A DNA stretch of 64,000 bases, from positions 928,001 through 992,000 of the forward strand of contig CAVWWD010000008.1 of assembly GCA_963758635.1 (NCBI GenBank). The letters are read 5' to 3'. How positions within the stretch are numbered: the stretch's first letter is position 1; each line of letters begins with the position of its first letter. The notes under the pieces are model-generated. The model saw only the letters and a program-made list of their open reading frames with translations. It had not been told where the DNA came from and made no database searches. Both the position numbers and the translations under genes were made by a program. Source of the stretch: an uncultured Candidatus Rokubacteria bacterium. Its GTDB lineage: Bacteria; Methylomirabilota; Methylomirabilia; Rokubacteriales; CSP1-6. Below, in pieces: positions 10,852-22,079 of the stretch.

Positions 10852-12347
10852 ATGAACCTCCTCGATCCCGAAGAGCTCGCCCGGCTCCTTCCCGCGGAAG
10901 AGCACGCCTACGCGTCGCCGATCCCGACGCAGAGCGTGTCGAGCGACGAGTTCATGCCCGGTCCCCAGACCACCGCCCAGCGCCGCGTCGAGGCCCGGAT
11001 CAAGGAGCTGGGCGGGGACCTCGCGCGCAAGCAGGGCATGACCCGGCGCCGGTTCCTGCAGACGGCCTCCGGCATGGCCGCCGCCTTCGTGGCCATGAAC
11101 GAGGTGTACGGCCGGCTCTTCGACGCGAGCCTGGCCGAGGCGCAGACGCCGGACATGGCCAAGGAGCGGGCGGCTGCGCTGTCCAAGCAGTTCGTGATGG
11201 ACTGCCACACCCACTTCCTGCGCGACGACACGCGGATCATGACGTTCGTCCGCCAGCGCGAGGCGGTGGGCAAGGCGGGCTGGAATCCGGCCCTCGTGGG
11301 CAAGGCCCAGACCATCGAGGACCTGAAGTTCGCGAACTACTTCAAGGAGGTGTTTCTCGACAGCGACACCAAGGTGGCGATGATCTCCGGCGCCCCCTCG
11401 GAACGTCACGCAGGACTGGTTCCTCACCAACGAGATGAAGGCGGAGGCGCGAGCCAAGGTCAACCGCGACGCGGGCTCCCGGCGCATGCTCGCCCACGCG
11501 ATCTTCACGCCGGGCCAGCCCGGCTGGCTCGAGGCCGTCGATCGCGCCATCGCCGAGCTCAAACCGGACTCCTTCAAGGGCTACACGATCGGCGACAACA
11601 CCCACAAGCAGACCAGCAAGTACCCATGGCGGATGGACGACGAGCAGGTCGCCTACAAGGCGTACGAGAAGTTTCAGAAGGCGGGGCTCGTCAACGTGTG
11701 CGTGCACAAGGGGCTGTTCCCGCCATCGGTGGAGAAGCAGTTCCCGCACCTCCTCGCCCACTCCGACGTGCGCGACGTCGCCAAGGCGGCGAAGGACTGG
11801 CCGCAGCTGAACTTCGTCATCTATCACTCCGCCTATCGCTTCCCCGGCGGGGGCCGTCCCGAGGACGCCTGGGAGCAGTTCGAGAAGACCGGACGCATCG
11901 AGTGGGTGACCGACCTCGCCGAGAGTCCCGGGCAAGCACGGCGTGACGAACGTCTACGCGGACCTGGGCCAGATCTTCGCCCAGAGCACGGTCGCGCATC
12001 CCCGGGTGTGCGCGGCGATGATGGGCCAGCTCGTCCGCGGGCTGGGGGCGGATCACGTGGTGTGGGGAACGGACGCCATCTGGACGGGCTCGCCGCAGTG
12101 GCAGATCGAGGCGCTCCGGAGGCTCGAGATCCCCGAGGACCTCCAGAAGAGCCACGGGCTCAGGCCGCTCGGGCCGGCCGATGGGCCGGTCAAGACGGCC
12201 ATCCTCGGCGAGAACAACGCGCGGCTCTACAAGTACGACCGCCGCGCGGCGCTCGACACGGACCGTCTCGCCGTGGCCAAGGCCGCGTACGAGAAGGAAG
12301 GGCCGGCGCGGTCGAACCTCCGCTACGGCTACGTCCTCAAGGGCTGA
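10852..12347 (+). CDS. Amidohydrolase_2 family protein (frameshifts near 11410 and 11930)
   Basis: MDCHTH, CVHKG, FVIYHS, VVWGTDAIW, ILGENNARLY. Confidence 0.82.
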
Positions 12348-12378
12348 CGGGCTGCCGAGAGCGGCCCAGCCACCGGCT

Positions 12379-14088
12379 CTGATCCGACCTGATCGAGCGC
12401 ATCCGCTGAGACCGCGGCGGGTCGGGGTCGAGCACGTCGTCCTGGCGTGCTCGGCCCTGGCCCTCGTCCTCCTCGTCGTGCTGCCCCTGGCCTTCCTCGT
12501 GTGGGGCAGCCTGAGCGCCGACGGGCGTCCGACTCTCGAGCACTTCCGGGAGGCCCTGGGGAGCCGGCTCTACGTGCAGGCCCTCCGGAACTCGCTGGTG
12601 CTCGGCCTCTGGACGGCCGTGCTCAGCGTGGCCATCGGCCTGCCGCTGGCGTGGGCGGTCAGCCGCACCGACGTGCCGGGGCGGCGATTCGTGCACATGA
12701 CCGCGGTGGTGTCGTACGTGACGCCGCCCTACCTCACGGCGATCGCCTTCGTGAACCTGTTCAGCCCGAACGCGGGTCTGGTGAACCGCTTCCTTCGTGA
12801 TGTCGTCGGGCTGCCCGCGCTCACGTTCAACGTGTTCTCGATGTCGGGGCTCGTCCTGGTCACCGTGCTGCACACGTTCCCGTTCGTCTATCTGCTGGCG
12901 GCGAGCGCGCTGGAGTCCGTGGACGCGTCGATGGAGGAGTCCGCGCAGATCCTCGGCGCGGGGCGGTGGCGCACCGCGCTCGCCATCACCGGGCCGCTGG
13001 TGGCGCCGGCCATCCTGTCCGGCGCGCTCATCGCGTTCGTGAACGCGATCGCGCTGTTCGGCTCGCAGGCCATCATCGGGCTGCCCGGGCGCGTGTTCAC
13101 GCTGCCCACGCGCATCTACGCGCTCTTCGACTACCCGCCGCAGCACGGGCTCGCCTCCGCCATGTCGCTGGTCTTCGTGCTCATCACGGTGGTGGCGCTG
13201 TCGCTCCAGCGCGGCTACCTGGCGCGGCGCTCGTACGTGACGCTCGGCGGGAAGGGGAGCCGCCCGCGCCGGGTCGCCCTCGGCCCCGCGCGCTGGGGCG
13301 TCTTCGCGTTCTGCGTGGGCGTGTTCGTGGTCGCCGTGCTCGCCCCCTACGTCACGCTCCTCGCGGTGTCGGTCTCGAAGTCGTGGGGGCTCCAGTTCTG
13401 GCAGAACCTGACCCTCCAGCACTACCGGTTCGTGCTGATCGACTACGACGTCACGCGCCGGGCGATCGCCAACAGCCTGATCCTGGCCGCGGGCGCGGCC
13501 ACGCTGGCCGTGGCGCTGGGCGCGCTGATCGGCTGGATCGACCTCCGCACCGGGCTCCGCGGGCGGCGGCTCCTCGACTACGTGTCGCTGGTGCCGCTGG
13601 GGCTGCCCGGCATCGTGGTGGCGGTGGCGCTCATCCAGTTCTGGCTGCGCGTGCCGCTGCCGATCTACGGCACGCTCCTGATCATCCTGCTCGCCTACAC
13701 GGGGCGCTACGTGCCGCTCGGGGTGCGCTCCGCGAACGCGGCGTTCCGGCAGATCGACCCGTCGCTCGAGGAGACGGCGCGCGTCACCGGCGCGGGGTGG
13801 CTGCGCACCTTCCGGAGCGTGTCGCTGCCGCTGGCGCGCCCCGGGCTCTTCGCGGGCTGGCTCCTCGTGTTCGTGCCCGCGCTCCAGGAGCTGTCCGCGT
13901 CGATCCTGCTCTTCAGCTCGGGGTCGATCACGCTCGCCGTGGCGGTCTACAACCTGTACGAGACGGGCGCGCTCGAGCCGGTGGCGGCGCTGGCCATCGT
14001 GACGATGGTGATCATCGCTGCCGCGGTGGGCCTGGCCACGCGGCTGACCCGGCGGGCCGCCCCGGGCGAGGGGATGGTGGCGCAGTGA
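12379..14088 (+). CDS. ABC transporter permease, FbpB-like (start uncertain)
   Basis: Many TM helices, two EAA motifs (SMEESAQILGA, SLEETARVTGA). Confidence 0.88.
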   Translation: MIRPDRAHPLRPRRVGVEHVVLACSALALVLLVVLPLAFLVWGSLSADGRPTLEHFREALGSRLYVQALRNSLVLGLWTAVLSVAIGLPLAWAVSRTDVPGRRFVHMTAVVSYVTPPYLTAIAFVNLFSPNAGLVNRFLRDVVGLPALTFNVFSMSGLVLVTVLHTFPFVYLLAASALESVDASMEESAQILGAGRWRTALAITGPLVAPAILSGALIAFVNAIALFGSQAIIGLPGRVFTLPTRIYALFDYPPQHGLASAMSLVFVLITVVALSLQRGYLARRSYVTLGGKGSRPRRVALGPARWGVFAFCVGVFVVAVLAPYVTLLAVSVSKSWGLQFWQNLTLQHYRFVLIDYDVTRRAIANSLILAAGAATLAVALGALIGWIDLRTGLRGRRLLDYVSLVPLGLPGIVVAVALIQFWLRVPLPIYGTLLIILLAYTGRYVPLGVRSANAAFRQIDPSLEETARVTGAGWLRTFRSVSLPLARPGLFAGWLLVFVPALQELSASILLFSSGSITLAVAVYNLYETGALEPVAALAIVTMVIIAAAVGLATRLTRRAAPGEGMVAQ

Positions 14089-15165
14089 GGCGGCGCGATC
14101 TCCGTCGAGGGCGTGACCAAGCGCTTCGGCGCGCTCACCGCGGTGCGACGCGTGAGCCTCGAGATCGCCGAGCGCGAGTTCGTGACGCTCCTGGGCCCGA
14201 GCGGCTGCGGAAAGACGACGCTGCTGCGGATGCTCGCCGGCTTCGTGGCGCCGGACGAGGGCGCGATCCGCGCCTCGGGCATGACCCTCTCCACGCCCGA
14301 GGCGATGGTGCCGCCGGAGCGCCGGGGCATGGGCATGGTCTTCCAGAACTACGCGGTGTGGCCGCACAAGACCGTGCACCAGAACGTGGCGTTCGGTCTG
14401 GAGGTCCGCCGGGTCGGGCGAGCGGAGGCGCGGGAGCGGGTGGGCCGCGTCCTGGAGATGGTCGGCCTCGGCGGCCTCGACGCGCGTTACCCCGGCCAGC
14501 TCAGCGGCGGCCAGCAGCAGCGAGTGGCGCTGGCGCGGAGCCTCGTGGTCGAGCCGGGCATCCTCCTGCTCGACGAGCCCCTGTCGAACCTGGACGCCAA
14601 GCTCCGCGAGCGCATGCGCTGGGAGCTGAAGGACCTCCAGCGCCGCACCGGCATCGTGTTCGTCTACGTCACCCACGACCAGTCCGAGGCCATGGCGCTG
14701 TCCGACCGGATCGCCGTGATGCACGAGGGCGAGCTCCGCCAGGTGGGCTCCCCGCGCGAGGTCTACACGCGCCCGGCGGACCGCACGGTGGCCGACTTCA
14801 TGGGCCTGGTGAACCTGGTCCCGGGCAAGGTGGTTCGCGCCGCGGAGGGGTTGGTCGAGGTGGCGGGCGCCCGCCTGGCTCTCGGGCTAGTGCCTGGGAT
14901 CGGGGACGGAGCCCGAGTCCAGGTCGCGATCCGACCGGAGAGCCTCGGGCTCGAAGCGCTGGTCGCTGGCGCGCCCACTCCGACCGGCGCCATGGCGGGT
15001 CAGGTGGTCGAGACGACCTTCCTGGGGAATCTCACCGACTGCCACGTAACTCTGGACGGCGGAACACGGATCCGCGTTCAGGGCAGACCCGGTGACATGT
15101 TCGCGCCGGGGCAGCGCGTGAGCGTGCGACCGGATTCGGAGGCGGTGACGGTCTTCCCAGGCTGA
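14085..15165 (+). CDS. ABC transporter ATP-binding protein with TOBE domain (start approximate)
   Basis: [27 protein letters not shown]. Confidence 0.92.
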
Positions 15166-15218
15166 ACGCGCCGGGTGAGCAGCCGACGAAGCCGGTCCGC
15201 TCCAGCCGGAAGTTAGAC
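15161..15218 (-). mobile_element. Integron attC site
   Basis: Minus strand GTCTAAC-TTCCG-GCTGGAGC..hairpin..GCTCACC-CGGCGC-GTTCAGC, directly after toxin stop codon. Confidence 0.8.
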
Positions 15219-15406
15219 TCAGCGGCGCGACCGCCAATGTCGGGGATTCCGGCGGCCATGCATAACCGCCAGGACGATGATCGCGTCGTCGAGGGAGCGA
15301 AAGTACACGCCGTATGGAAATCGAACGCACGAGCGCGCGTACGTGTCCCTCGCGCATCGAGAAGCTCCGCCTCGGCCTCGGGGCGAAATACAAGGCGTCG
15401 GGTCAC
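15219..15406 (-). pseudogene. RelE/ParE-family toxin with internal deletion and frameshift
   Basis: MTRRLVFRPEAEAELLDAR joined almost directly to RFPYGVYF..IIVLAVMHGRRNPRHW; central part missing. Confidence 0.75.
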
Positions 15407-15645
15407 GCACCGCTCGCGAGCTTCCGCCGCACCTCTTCCCAGGGGATGGCACTGCCAGGATCTGCGAGATGTTGCTCCAGGCGTCGGTCGAGTTCCGCCT
15501 CCTGCTCCGGCGTCAAGGCGAGCTCCGCCTCACGATCCTCATCGGTGAGGCTGTCCCACAGCGCCATGGCAAGCTCGATGCGGTCCTTGGCCGGCAGCTG
15601 TAGAAGCGTAGCGAGGGTGTTCGACAACATGCTTGATCCTCCCAT
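15403..15645 (-). CDS. Putative addiction module antitoxin (TIGR02574-like)
   Basis: LPAKDRIELAMALWDSL..ELDRRL..AIPWEEVR; GTGA overlap with toxin. Confidence 0.82.
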   Translation of the reverse strand: MGGSSMLSNTLATLLQLPAKDRIELAMALWDSLTDEDREAELALTPEQEAELDRRLEQHLADPGSAIPWEEVRRKLASGA

Positions 15646-15677
15646 GCCGTTCAGCTCTCCACAACCTCTCTCGCTGG

Positions 15678-15740
15678 GTCTAACGCCCGGTTCAGCGGCG
15701 CGCAGCTCGAGCGAGTCCGCTGAGGCACGGGAGGTTGGAC
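15678..15740 (-). mobile_element. Integron attC site
   Basis: Minus strand GTCCAAC..CAGCGGAC..GCCGCTGAAC-CGGGC-GTTAGAC; R' complements R'' of the downstream cassette. Confidence 0.72.
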
Positions 15741-16280
15741 GCTGCGATCGCCCACGCAGGACGACCGCGATGGTTCTTCAGCGATCGAGCCTCGCGTCTA
15801 CGTCCCGCTGTCGAGAGCGTGTGGGCCCCGATCGGAGACGGCCGAGTCCGTGGATCGGTCCACGGACGATCGTGCAGGGCGGCACGGAGCGCAGTGACTT
15901 GAGCCCGCACGAGCGTCGTCGCGGCCGTTGGCCACTCGATGAGCCGGCCAGCAGCGCTCGGTGCCACATGACCGTCCTACGAATCGTCACGCTCGGGCGA
16001 GCCGGGAACGTCGCATCGTCTTGGCGGCGGCCGAAGCTTCAGTCGCGAACCCGCGCACCGGTGATCCAGCGTGCGAGAGATCGTCGCACTCCCGAGCGCG
16101 AACGGACTACTGATTACCAGCGGCGGTCTCGAGACGCCATGACGCGTCCATGCTGGCCAAGGACGCCAGCCAGGACTCGTGCTGCATCGCCATGACGCGA
16201 GCCACCTTGCGGCCAACACGCGAATCGGCGGAGCGCCCGCTGACCAGTCCGGGACGAGCCCTCGACTGCCAGGCACGACG

Positions 16281-16345
16281 GTCGAACGTGACGTTCGCTG
16301 CCATAGTGGCCGGGAGACAGCCGCCTGCATCCGGTTGTCAAAGCC
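16281..16345 (-). mobile_element. Degenerate attC-like site
   Basis: Minus strand ..TTGAC-AACCG-GATGCAG..AGCGAAC-GTCAC-GTTCGAC. Confidence 0.4.
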
Positions 16346-16885
16346 CACAACGCTCGGCACGCCGATGAGCCAAGAGCCGTGCCACGAGCAGGTACCACGG
16401 CCACGCACAGCTCGCTCGGCTCGGCGTGCCAGGTAGAAGGCCTACCGCCCGGTGCCGGTCTGGCACCATGTCCCGAAATCCGCGGCGCTACACCGTGTGC
16501 GCGGAGTCCATCGTCGCTCGTGTCGCCCTCCAGCGCTGGGCCATGCTCCGATGACAGCCGAAGTACTATTCGGTCCGGCGATACGCGGACCCGCGTAGCG
16601 ACCCAGACGCTGCAACGCGGAGCCGGGTAGTATCGGTCGCACCCCCCAGTCTGGGTTCTTGCAGTCCTGTGATTCCCACTCCTTACCGATCCTTGGCCGG
16701 GTCTCCCTGGCCGTGCTATCCAACGCGGGAAGGTCGTGTAGCGCGCCGGATATCCCGGTCGGGAGGGCGTGATTATCACGCGTCCAACATCCCGTCGAGC
16801 GGGCTGCTCACCCCGGCTGTTCCGGGTCTCGGTCTCGTCCAGCAGGCGGTGTCGGCAGCGCCTGTCCGTCGTTCGCGGAGGAGGT

Positions 16886-19235
16886 TCATGTGGTGGCGCG
16901 TCCCGACCGGATCGCGCTCCACACGCGCTCGGGGGTGAGCGGCATGTCGAGGTGACGGACCCCCGCGGTACCCAGCGCGTCGTTGACGGCGTTCACCAGC
17001 GCCGGGAGCGCGCCCACCGTGCCGGCCTCGCCCACGCCCTTGGCGCCGAGCGGGTTGACCTGCGTCGGGCACCTCGTGGGAGTCCACGTCGAAGGCAGGC
17101 ATCTCGTCGGCGCGCGGCACCGCGTAGTCCATGAACGAGCCGGCCAGGAGCTGGCCCGTCTCGGGGTCGTAGACCAGGTCCTCGTAGAGCGCCTGGCCCA
17201 GGCCCTGGACCACGCCGCCATGGATCTGGCCCTTCACGAGCATGGGGTTCACCATGCGGCCCACGTCGTCCACCACGCTGTAGCGCTCGATCGTGATGGC
17301 GCCCGTGTCGGGGTCGATCTCCACCTCGCACACGTGGCAGCCGTTCGGGAACGTGACCGCGGGCGGCGTGAACGCGGCCGTGTCGGTGAAGCCCGGCTCC
17401 ATGCCGGCCGGGAGCTGGCGCGGCACGTACGCCGTGCGCGCCACCTGGCCCCACGAGACGCCCTTGTCCGTGCCGGCAACGGTGAAGCGCCCGTCGCGGA
17501 GGACAACGTCCCCCACCGCCGCCTCCATCATGTGCGCGGCGATCCGGCGGCCGCGCTCCACCGCGCGCTCCGTGGCCCGCAGGACCGCGGACCCGCCCAC
17601 GGTGAGCGCGCCGGAGCCGCCGTTGCCCCGGCCGGCGCCGAGCGAGTCGCTGTCGCCCCAGTGGACCTGGATGCGGTCGAGCGTCACGCCGAGGCGGTCG
17701 CTCAGGATCTGGGCGAAGGCGGTCTCGTTGCCCTGGCCCATCGACGTGGTGCCCGCGAAGAGCGAGACCGAGCCGTCGGGGTTGATGCAGATCGAGGCGG
17801 TGTCTGGGTTGACCGACGTGTACGGGCCGCCCGCCACCTCCACCGCGTTGGCGATGCCGATGCCGCGGAGCTTGCCACGCGCGCGGGCCTCCGTGCGGCG
17901 CTTCTCGAATCCCGCGTGGTCGCCGAGCCCCAGCGCCATGTCCATGCCGCGGCCGAAGTCGCCGCAGTCGTAGGTGAAGACGAGGCCGGTCTTGAACGGC
18001 ATCGCCGAGGGCGGAATGAGGTTCCGCCGCCGCAGCTCCAGGGCGTCGATCCCCAGCTCGCGCGCCGCCACCTCGATCACCCGCTCGATGGCGTAGGTCG
18101 CCTCGGGGCGCCCGGCGCCGCGATAGGGGCCGGTGGGCGTCATGTTGCTGAACACGCCGGTGGTCTGCACGTGGATCGCCGGGGTCGTGTAGACGCCCGC
18201 GAGCCCGCCCACGTTGTTGGTGCCGGGGCCGGCGCTCCGCGGCGTCATGTACGCGCCGATGTTGAGCGTGATCGCCACGCGCAGGGCGAGAAACTTCCCG
18301 TCCTTGTCGAGCGCCAGCTCCGCGGTGGAGACGTTGTCGCGCCCGTGCTCGTCGGTGACGAAGCCTTCGGTGCGGCCGGACGTCCACTTGACGGGTCGCC
18401 CGAGGCGGCGCGCGGCCCACAGCACCAGCACGGCCTCGGGGTAGGCGCCGCTCTTCATCCCGAAGCTGCCGCCGACCTCGCTCGTCACCACGCGGAGGCG
18501 GCTCTGCGGCACCTTGAAGACGGGCTCGGCGAGGAGCGCGCGCAGGCCGTGCGGTCCCTGGATGCCGGTATGGAGCGTGTAGCGGTCGGTGCGGCGGTCG
18601 TACTCGCCCACCGCGGCGCGGGGCTCCATGGGAGCGGCGGCCACGCGCGTCACGACGAAGTCCAGCTTCGTGACGTGGGCGGCGGCGGCGAAGGCCTTCG
18701 TCACCGCGTCCTTCGGGCCGGCTTCCCAGACGAAGGCCACGTTGTCGGGGGCGGCGTCCCACACCGGGCCCGTGCCCGGGCGGGTGGCCGCCACCGTGGA
18801 GGTGACGGCGGGGAGCGGCTCGTAGTCGACCCCGACCAGCTCGGCGGCGTCGGCCGCGTGCTCGCGCGTGTCGGCCACGACGAGGGCCACGGGATCCCCG
18901 ACGTGGCGGGCGCGGTCGCGCACCAGGGCGGGGCGTGGCGTGGCCGGCGATGGGGAGCCGTCGCGACGCTTTCGGCCGCCGTCACCGGGGAGGTTGCCGA
19001 GGCCGTCGGCCGCGTAGTCGGCGCCGGTCAGGACGGCGAGCACGCCGGGCGCGCTCCGCGCCGCGGCGGTGTCGATCGACACGATGCGCGCGTGCGCGTG
19101 GGGTGAGCGCACCACGACGGCATACGACTCGCGCGCCAGCGTCACGTCGTCCGAGTAGCGGCCGAGGCCCTGCACGAGACGGGGATCCTCCAGACGACGC
19201 GCCGACTGTCCCACCGCGTATTTCTCGACGATCAC
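16886..19235 (-). CDS. Xanthine dehydrogenase family molybdopterin-binding large subunit (frameshift near 17065)
   Basis: [61 protein letters not shown]. Confidence 0.9.
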
Positions 19236-19258
19236 GAGTTGGGTCTCCTTTTGAGTTT

Positions 19259-19313
19259 GCCGTCGGGGCGCCTTCGCAGGGCTCCGGCGCCCGACGGTCG
19301 GGGAAGTCAACCG
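19259..19313 (-). repeat. Hairpin element upstream of RBS (second copy 22080-22133)
   Basis: GGTTGAC..CCCGACCGTCGGGCGCC..GGCGCCCCGACGG conserved in two loci. Confidence 0.6.
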
Positions 19314-19324
19314 TGCCAAGTCAT

Positions 19325-19352
19325 CCCGGAGAAGTCTTCCCGGAGAAGTCTT
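19325..19352. repeat. 14-bp tandem direct repeat CCCGGAGAAGTCTT x2
   Basis: Exact tandem copies in a divergent intergenic region. Confidence 0.7.
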
Positions 19353-19474
19353 CGAACCCCCCCGACGCCCGGGGAAGTCGTCACGGACGGGCCCTCGGGA
19401 TGCGGGGCGCGTGCCGGGACCGATCGTGCCACGCGCGGCGGCGCCTCGTCAAAGCCGCCTGCTATACTCCCGGC

Positions 19475-20683
19475 GTGCCCGACGACTCGCTCCTCCTCGA
19501 CGGCCTCGTCGTCCTCGATCTCACGCGCGTCCTCGCCGGGCCGTACTGCACGCGTCTCCTGAGCGACATGGGCGCGCGCGTGATCAAGGTGGAGCGGCCC
19601 GGCGAGGGCGACGAGACGCGACGGGCGCCGCACCAGCTCGACCCCGACCGCGAGGACCAGTCGAGCTACTTCGCGCGGGTGAACGCGGGCAAGGAGAGCG
19701 TGGCCCTGGACCTCGCGCGTCCGGAGGCGCAGGCCGTGGCCCTCGACCTGGCTCGGCACGCCGACGTGTTCATCGAGAACTTCGCCCCCGGCGTGGTGGC
19801 CCGGCTCGGCTGCGACTACGAGGCGGTGCGGGCGGTGAAGCCCGACATCGTCTACTGCTCGATCTCGGGCTTCGGCCAGACCGGCCCGTGGCGGCATCGG
19901 CCCGCCTTCGCCCACATCGCCAACGCGATCTCCGGCCTGATGTACCTGGAGCAGGGGCACGACGCGAACCCCAAGGCGTCGAACCTGCAGGCCGCCGACG
20001 TGCTCGCGGCCACCCACGCGTGCGGCGCCATCCTCGGCGCGCTCGTGCGGCGCGGGCGCACGGGGAAGGGCGCGCGCCTCGACGTCTCGATGCTCGAGGC
20101 GCTGGTCGCGGCGGACAGCGTGACGTATCCCTCGGTGCTGAACGGCGGCGAGGAGCACGGGAACCCGCGCAGCGGGATGCTCGTGCACCGGATCGGCGAC
20201 CGCTACCTCGTCATGCAGAGCGTGGGCGCGCCGCGGCTCTTCGAGCGGCTGCTCGAGGTGATGGGCAAGAAGGAGCTCGCGCAGGACCCGCGCTTCGCCA
20301 AGTCGCTGGAGCGGCGGGAGCACTGGCCGGAGCTGGCCGAGATCATCACGGAGTGGCTGTCGGGCTTCCCCGACGTGGACGCCGCGCTCGAGGTGCTCGA
20401 GCGGGCGCGGATCCCGTCGGCGCCGGTGCTGAAGCCGGCCGACGTCATCGCCGCCCCGCACCTGGCCGAGCGACGCTTCTTCCCCACGCTGCCGCACCCG
20501 GCCAAGGGCACGGTGACGGTGACGGCGAGCCCGTACCACCTGGATGGCCGGCCGGTGCACCCGCGCGCGCGGGCCGCGTACCGGGTGGGCGAGCACACGC
20601 GCACGGTGCTGACGGGACTCCTCGGCTACGACGAGGCCCGCATCGCGAGCCTCGTCGCGGCCAAGGCGGTGGAGCTCCCGTAA
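19475..20683 (+). CDS. CaiB/BaiF CoA-transferase family III
   Basis: LDLTRVLAGPYC, GARVIKVE, NAGKES, SISGFGQTGP, AADV. Confidence 0.9.
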   Translation: MPDDSLLLDGLVVLDLTRVLAGPYCTRLLSDMGARVIKVERPGEGDETRRAPHQLDPDREDQSSYFARVNAGKESVALDLARPEAQAVALDLARHADVFIENFAPGVVARLGCDYEAVRAVKPDIVYCSISGFGQTGPWRHRPAFAHIANAISGLMYLEQGHDANPKASNLQAADVLAATHACGAILGALVRRGRTGKGARLDVSMLEALVAADSVTYPSVLNGGEEHGNPRSGMLVHRIGDRYLVMQSVGAPRLFERLLEVMGKKELAQDPRFAKSLERREHWPELAEIITEWLSGFPDVDAALEVLERARIPSAPVLKPADVIAAPHLAERRFFPTLPHPAKGTVTVTASPYHLDGRPVHPRARAAYRVGEHTRTVLTGLLGYDEARIASLVAAKAVELP

Positions 20684-20689
20684 GGCGGG

Positions 20690-21625
20690 CTACTTCTTCG
20701 CGGGGGTGTGCTTCCCCGTGAGCTGCGGCGTCGTGCCTTCCTGTCCCTTCTCCTGACGGTCCAGGCGCGTCTCGCGCGCCCACGTCCGCTTCAGGTCGTC
20801 GCGGATGTTGAACCGGAGCCGGCCCAGCCCGTCGCTCTCGATCTCCACGGTATCGCCGTCCTGGAACGCCGAGAGGCCGCGGTGGTTGGTGCCGGTGGCG
20901 AGGACGTTGCCGGGCTCCAGCGTGTGGATCGAGGTGACCCACTCGATGCAGCGCGGGATCTTGTGGGCCATGTCGTCGGTGTTGAAGTTCTGCTTGATCG
21001 TGCCGTTCACCCAGAGGCGCACCTGGAGGCGGTGAGGGTCGGCGATCTCGTCGGCGGTGACGATGTACGGGCCCATCGGCGCGAAGGTGTCGCGGGACTT
21101 CATCTGGTAGAACGTGTTGCCCGCGGGGGCCAGGCCGCGCGCCGAGCCGTCGATGAAGTTGGTGTAGCCGAACACGTAGCTCATCGCATCGGCGGCGCGC
21201 ACGTTCGACGCCCGCTTGCCGATGATCAGCGCGACCTCGGCCTCGCCCTCGAAGATGGTGGCGGGCACGTCGGGCAGGACCATCGTGTCGCCGTTGCCGA
21301 TGACCGCGCCGGGCGACTTGTGGAACGCGTTGATGGGGGCGGGCTCGCTGCGCGTGCCGTCCTCCATGTAGTTGACGGCCATGCAGTCGATGTTGCCGGG
21401 GGCGGGCAGCGGCGGCCGGATCCGCACCGAGGCGAGCGGGACGCCCTTGCCCTGCGCCGCCGCCTGCTCCAGCTTGCCCTTGTAGTCCGCCCACCGCTCG
21501 ATGAGCCCGCTGATCCGGTTGCCCGGCCCGGTGTGCGGGATGTCGCGCACCACCGCCGACACGTCCACCACCGCGTCACCCTTGAGCACGCCCAGCTTGA
21601 AGTCGTCGAAATGGAGAAGCTTCAC
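20690..21625 (-). CDS. Fumarylacetoacetate hydrolase family protein
   Basis: AVNY, FEGEAEVA, KSRDTFAPMGP, LEPGNVLATGT. Confidence 0.9.
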   Translation of the reverse strand: MKLLHFDDFKLGVLKGDAVVDVSAVVRDIPHTGPGNRISGLIERWADYKGKLEQAAAQGKGVPLASVRIRPPLPAPGNIDCMAVNYMEDGTRSEPAPINAFHKSPGAVIGNGDTMVLPDVPATIFEGEAEVALIIGKRASNVRAADAMSYVFGYTNFIDGSARGLAPAGNTFYQMKSRDTFAPMGPYIVTADEIADPHRLQVRLWVNGTIKQNFNTDDMAHKIPRCIEWVTSIHTLEPGNVLATGTNHRGLSAFQDGDTVEIESDGLGRLRFNIRDDLKRTWARETRLDRQEKGQEGTTPQLTGKHTPAKK

Positions 21626-21702
21626 GGGGACCTCCTGTCTGTCCGCATCACCTGCGATTGAAGGTGGATCTGCGATCTGCCATTGGCCGCTGAGCCCGTC
21701 GC

Positions 21703-22053
21703 CTACTCGACGGGGACGAAGATGCAGTGCCGGATCTTCCCGCCGACGGCCTTGGAGAGATGCCCCTTGCCCGTGGTGTCCTCGACCAGGATCACCTCGC
21801 CGGCCCCGATGACGCGGGCCTCCCCGTCGCTCGCCGTGATCTGCACGCCCGCGTCGAGGTTGATGATGTACTGCCGGCGCGGCGCGGGGTGCCAGTCGAG
21901 GTCGTAGTCGGGCTGGACCTGCCGGAAGATGATGCCGGTGGCGGGCAGGCGCTTGGAGAGCTTGCCCGCCCGTGTCTCCTCGGCCCACTCGACCTCGATG
22001 TCACGGAAGTGCGACTGGCCCTTCGCGTCGGTGTAGAGATTGTGGATGCGCAT
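21703..22053 (-). CDS. Small cupin-like protein
   Basis: GQSHF, DWHPAPRRQ, EDTTGKGH. Confidence 0.75.
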   Translation of the reverse strand: MRIHNLYTDAKGQSHFRDIEVEWAEETRAGKLSKRLPATGIIFRQVQPDYDLDWHPAPRRQYIINLDAGVQITASDGEARVIGAGEVILVEDTTGKGHLSKAVGGKIRHCIFVPVE

Positions 22054-22079
22054 GTCTTGGTCCTTTCATCTTCCGTTTC

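Noticed and set aside
16886..19235. Form I aerobic CO dehydrogenase coxL
   Set aside because: Active-site loop is PYRGAGR, not AYxCSFR, and no small or medium subunit genes are adjacent
19325..19352. CRISPR array from short repeats here or at 60500-60540
   Set aside because: Only two or three short copies, no regular spacers, no cas genes
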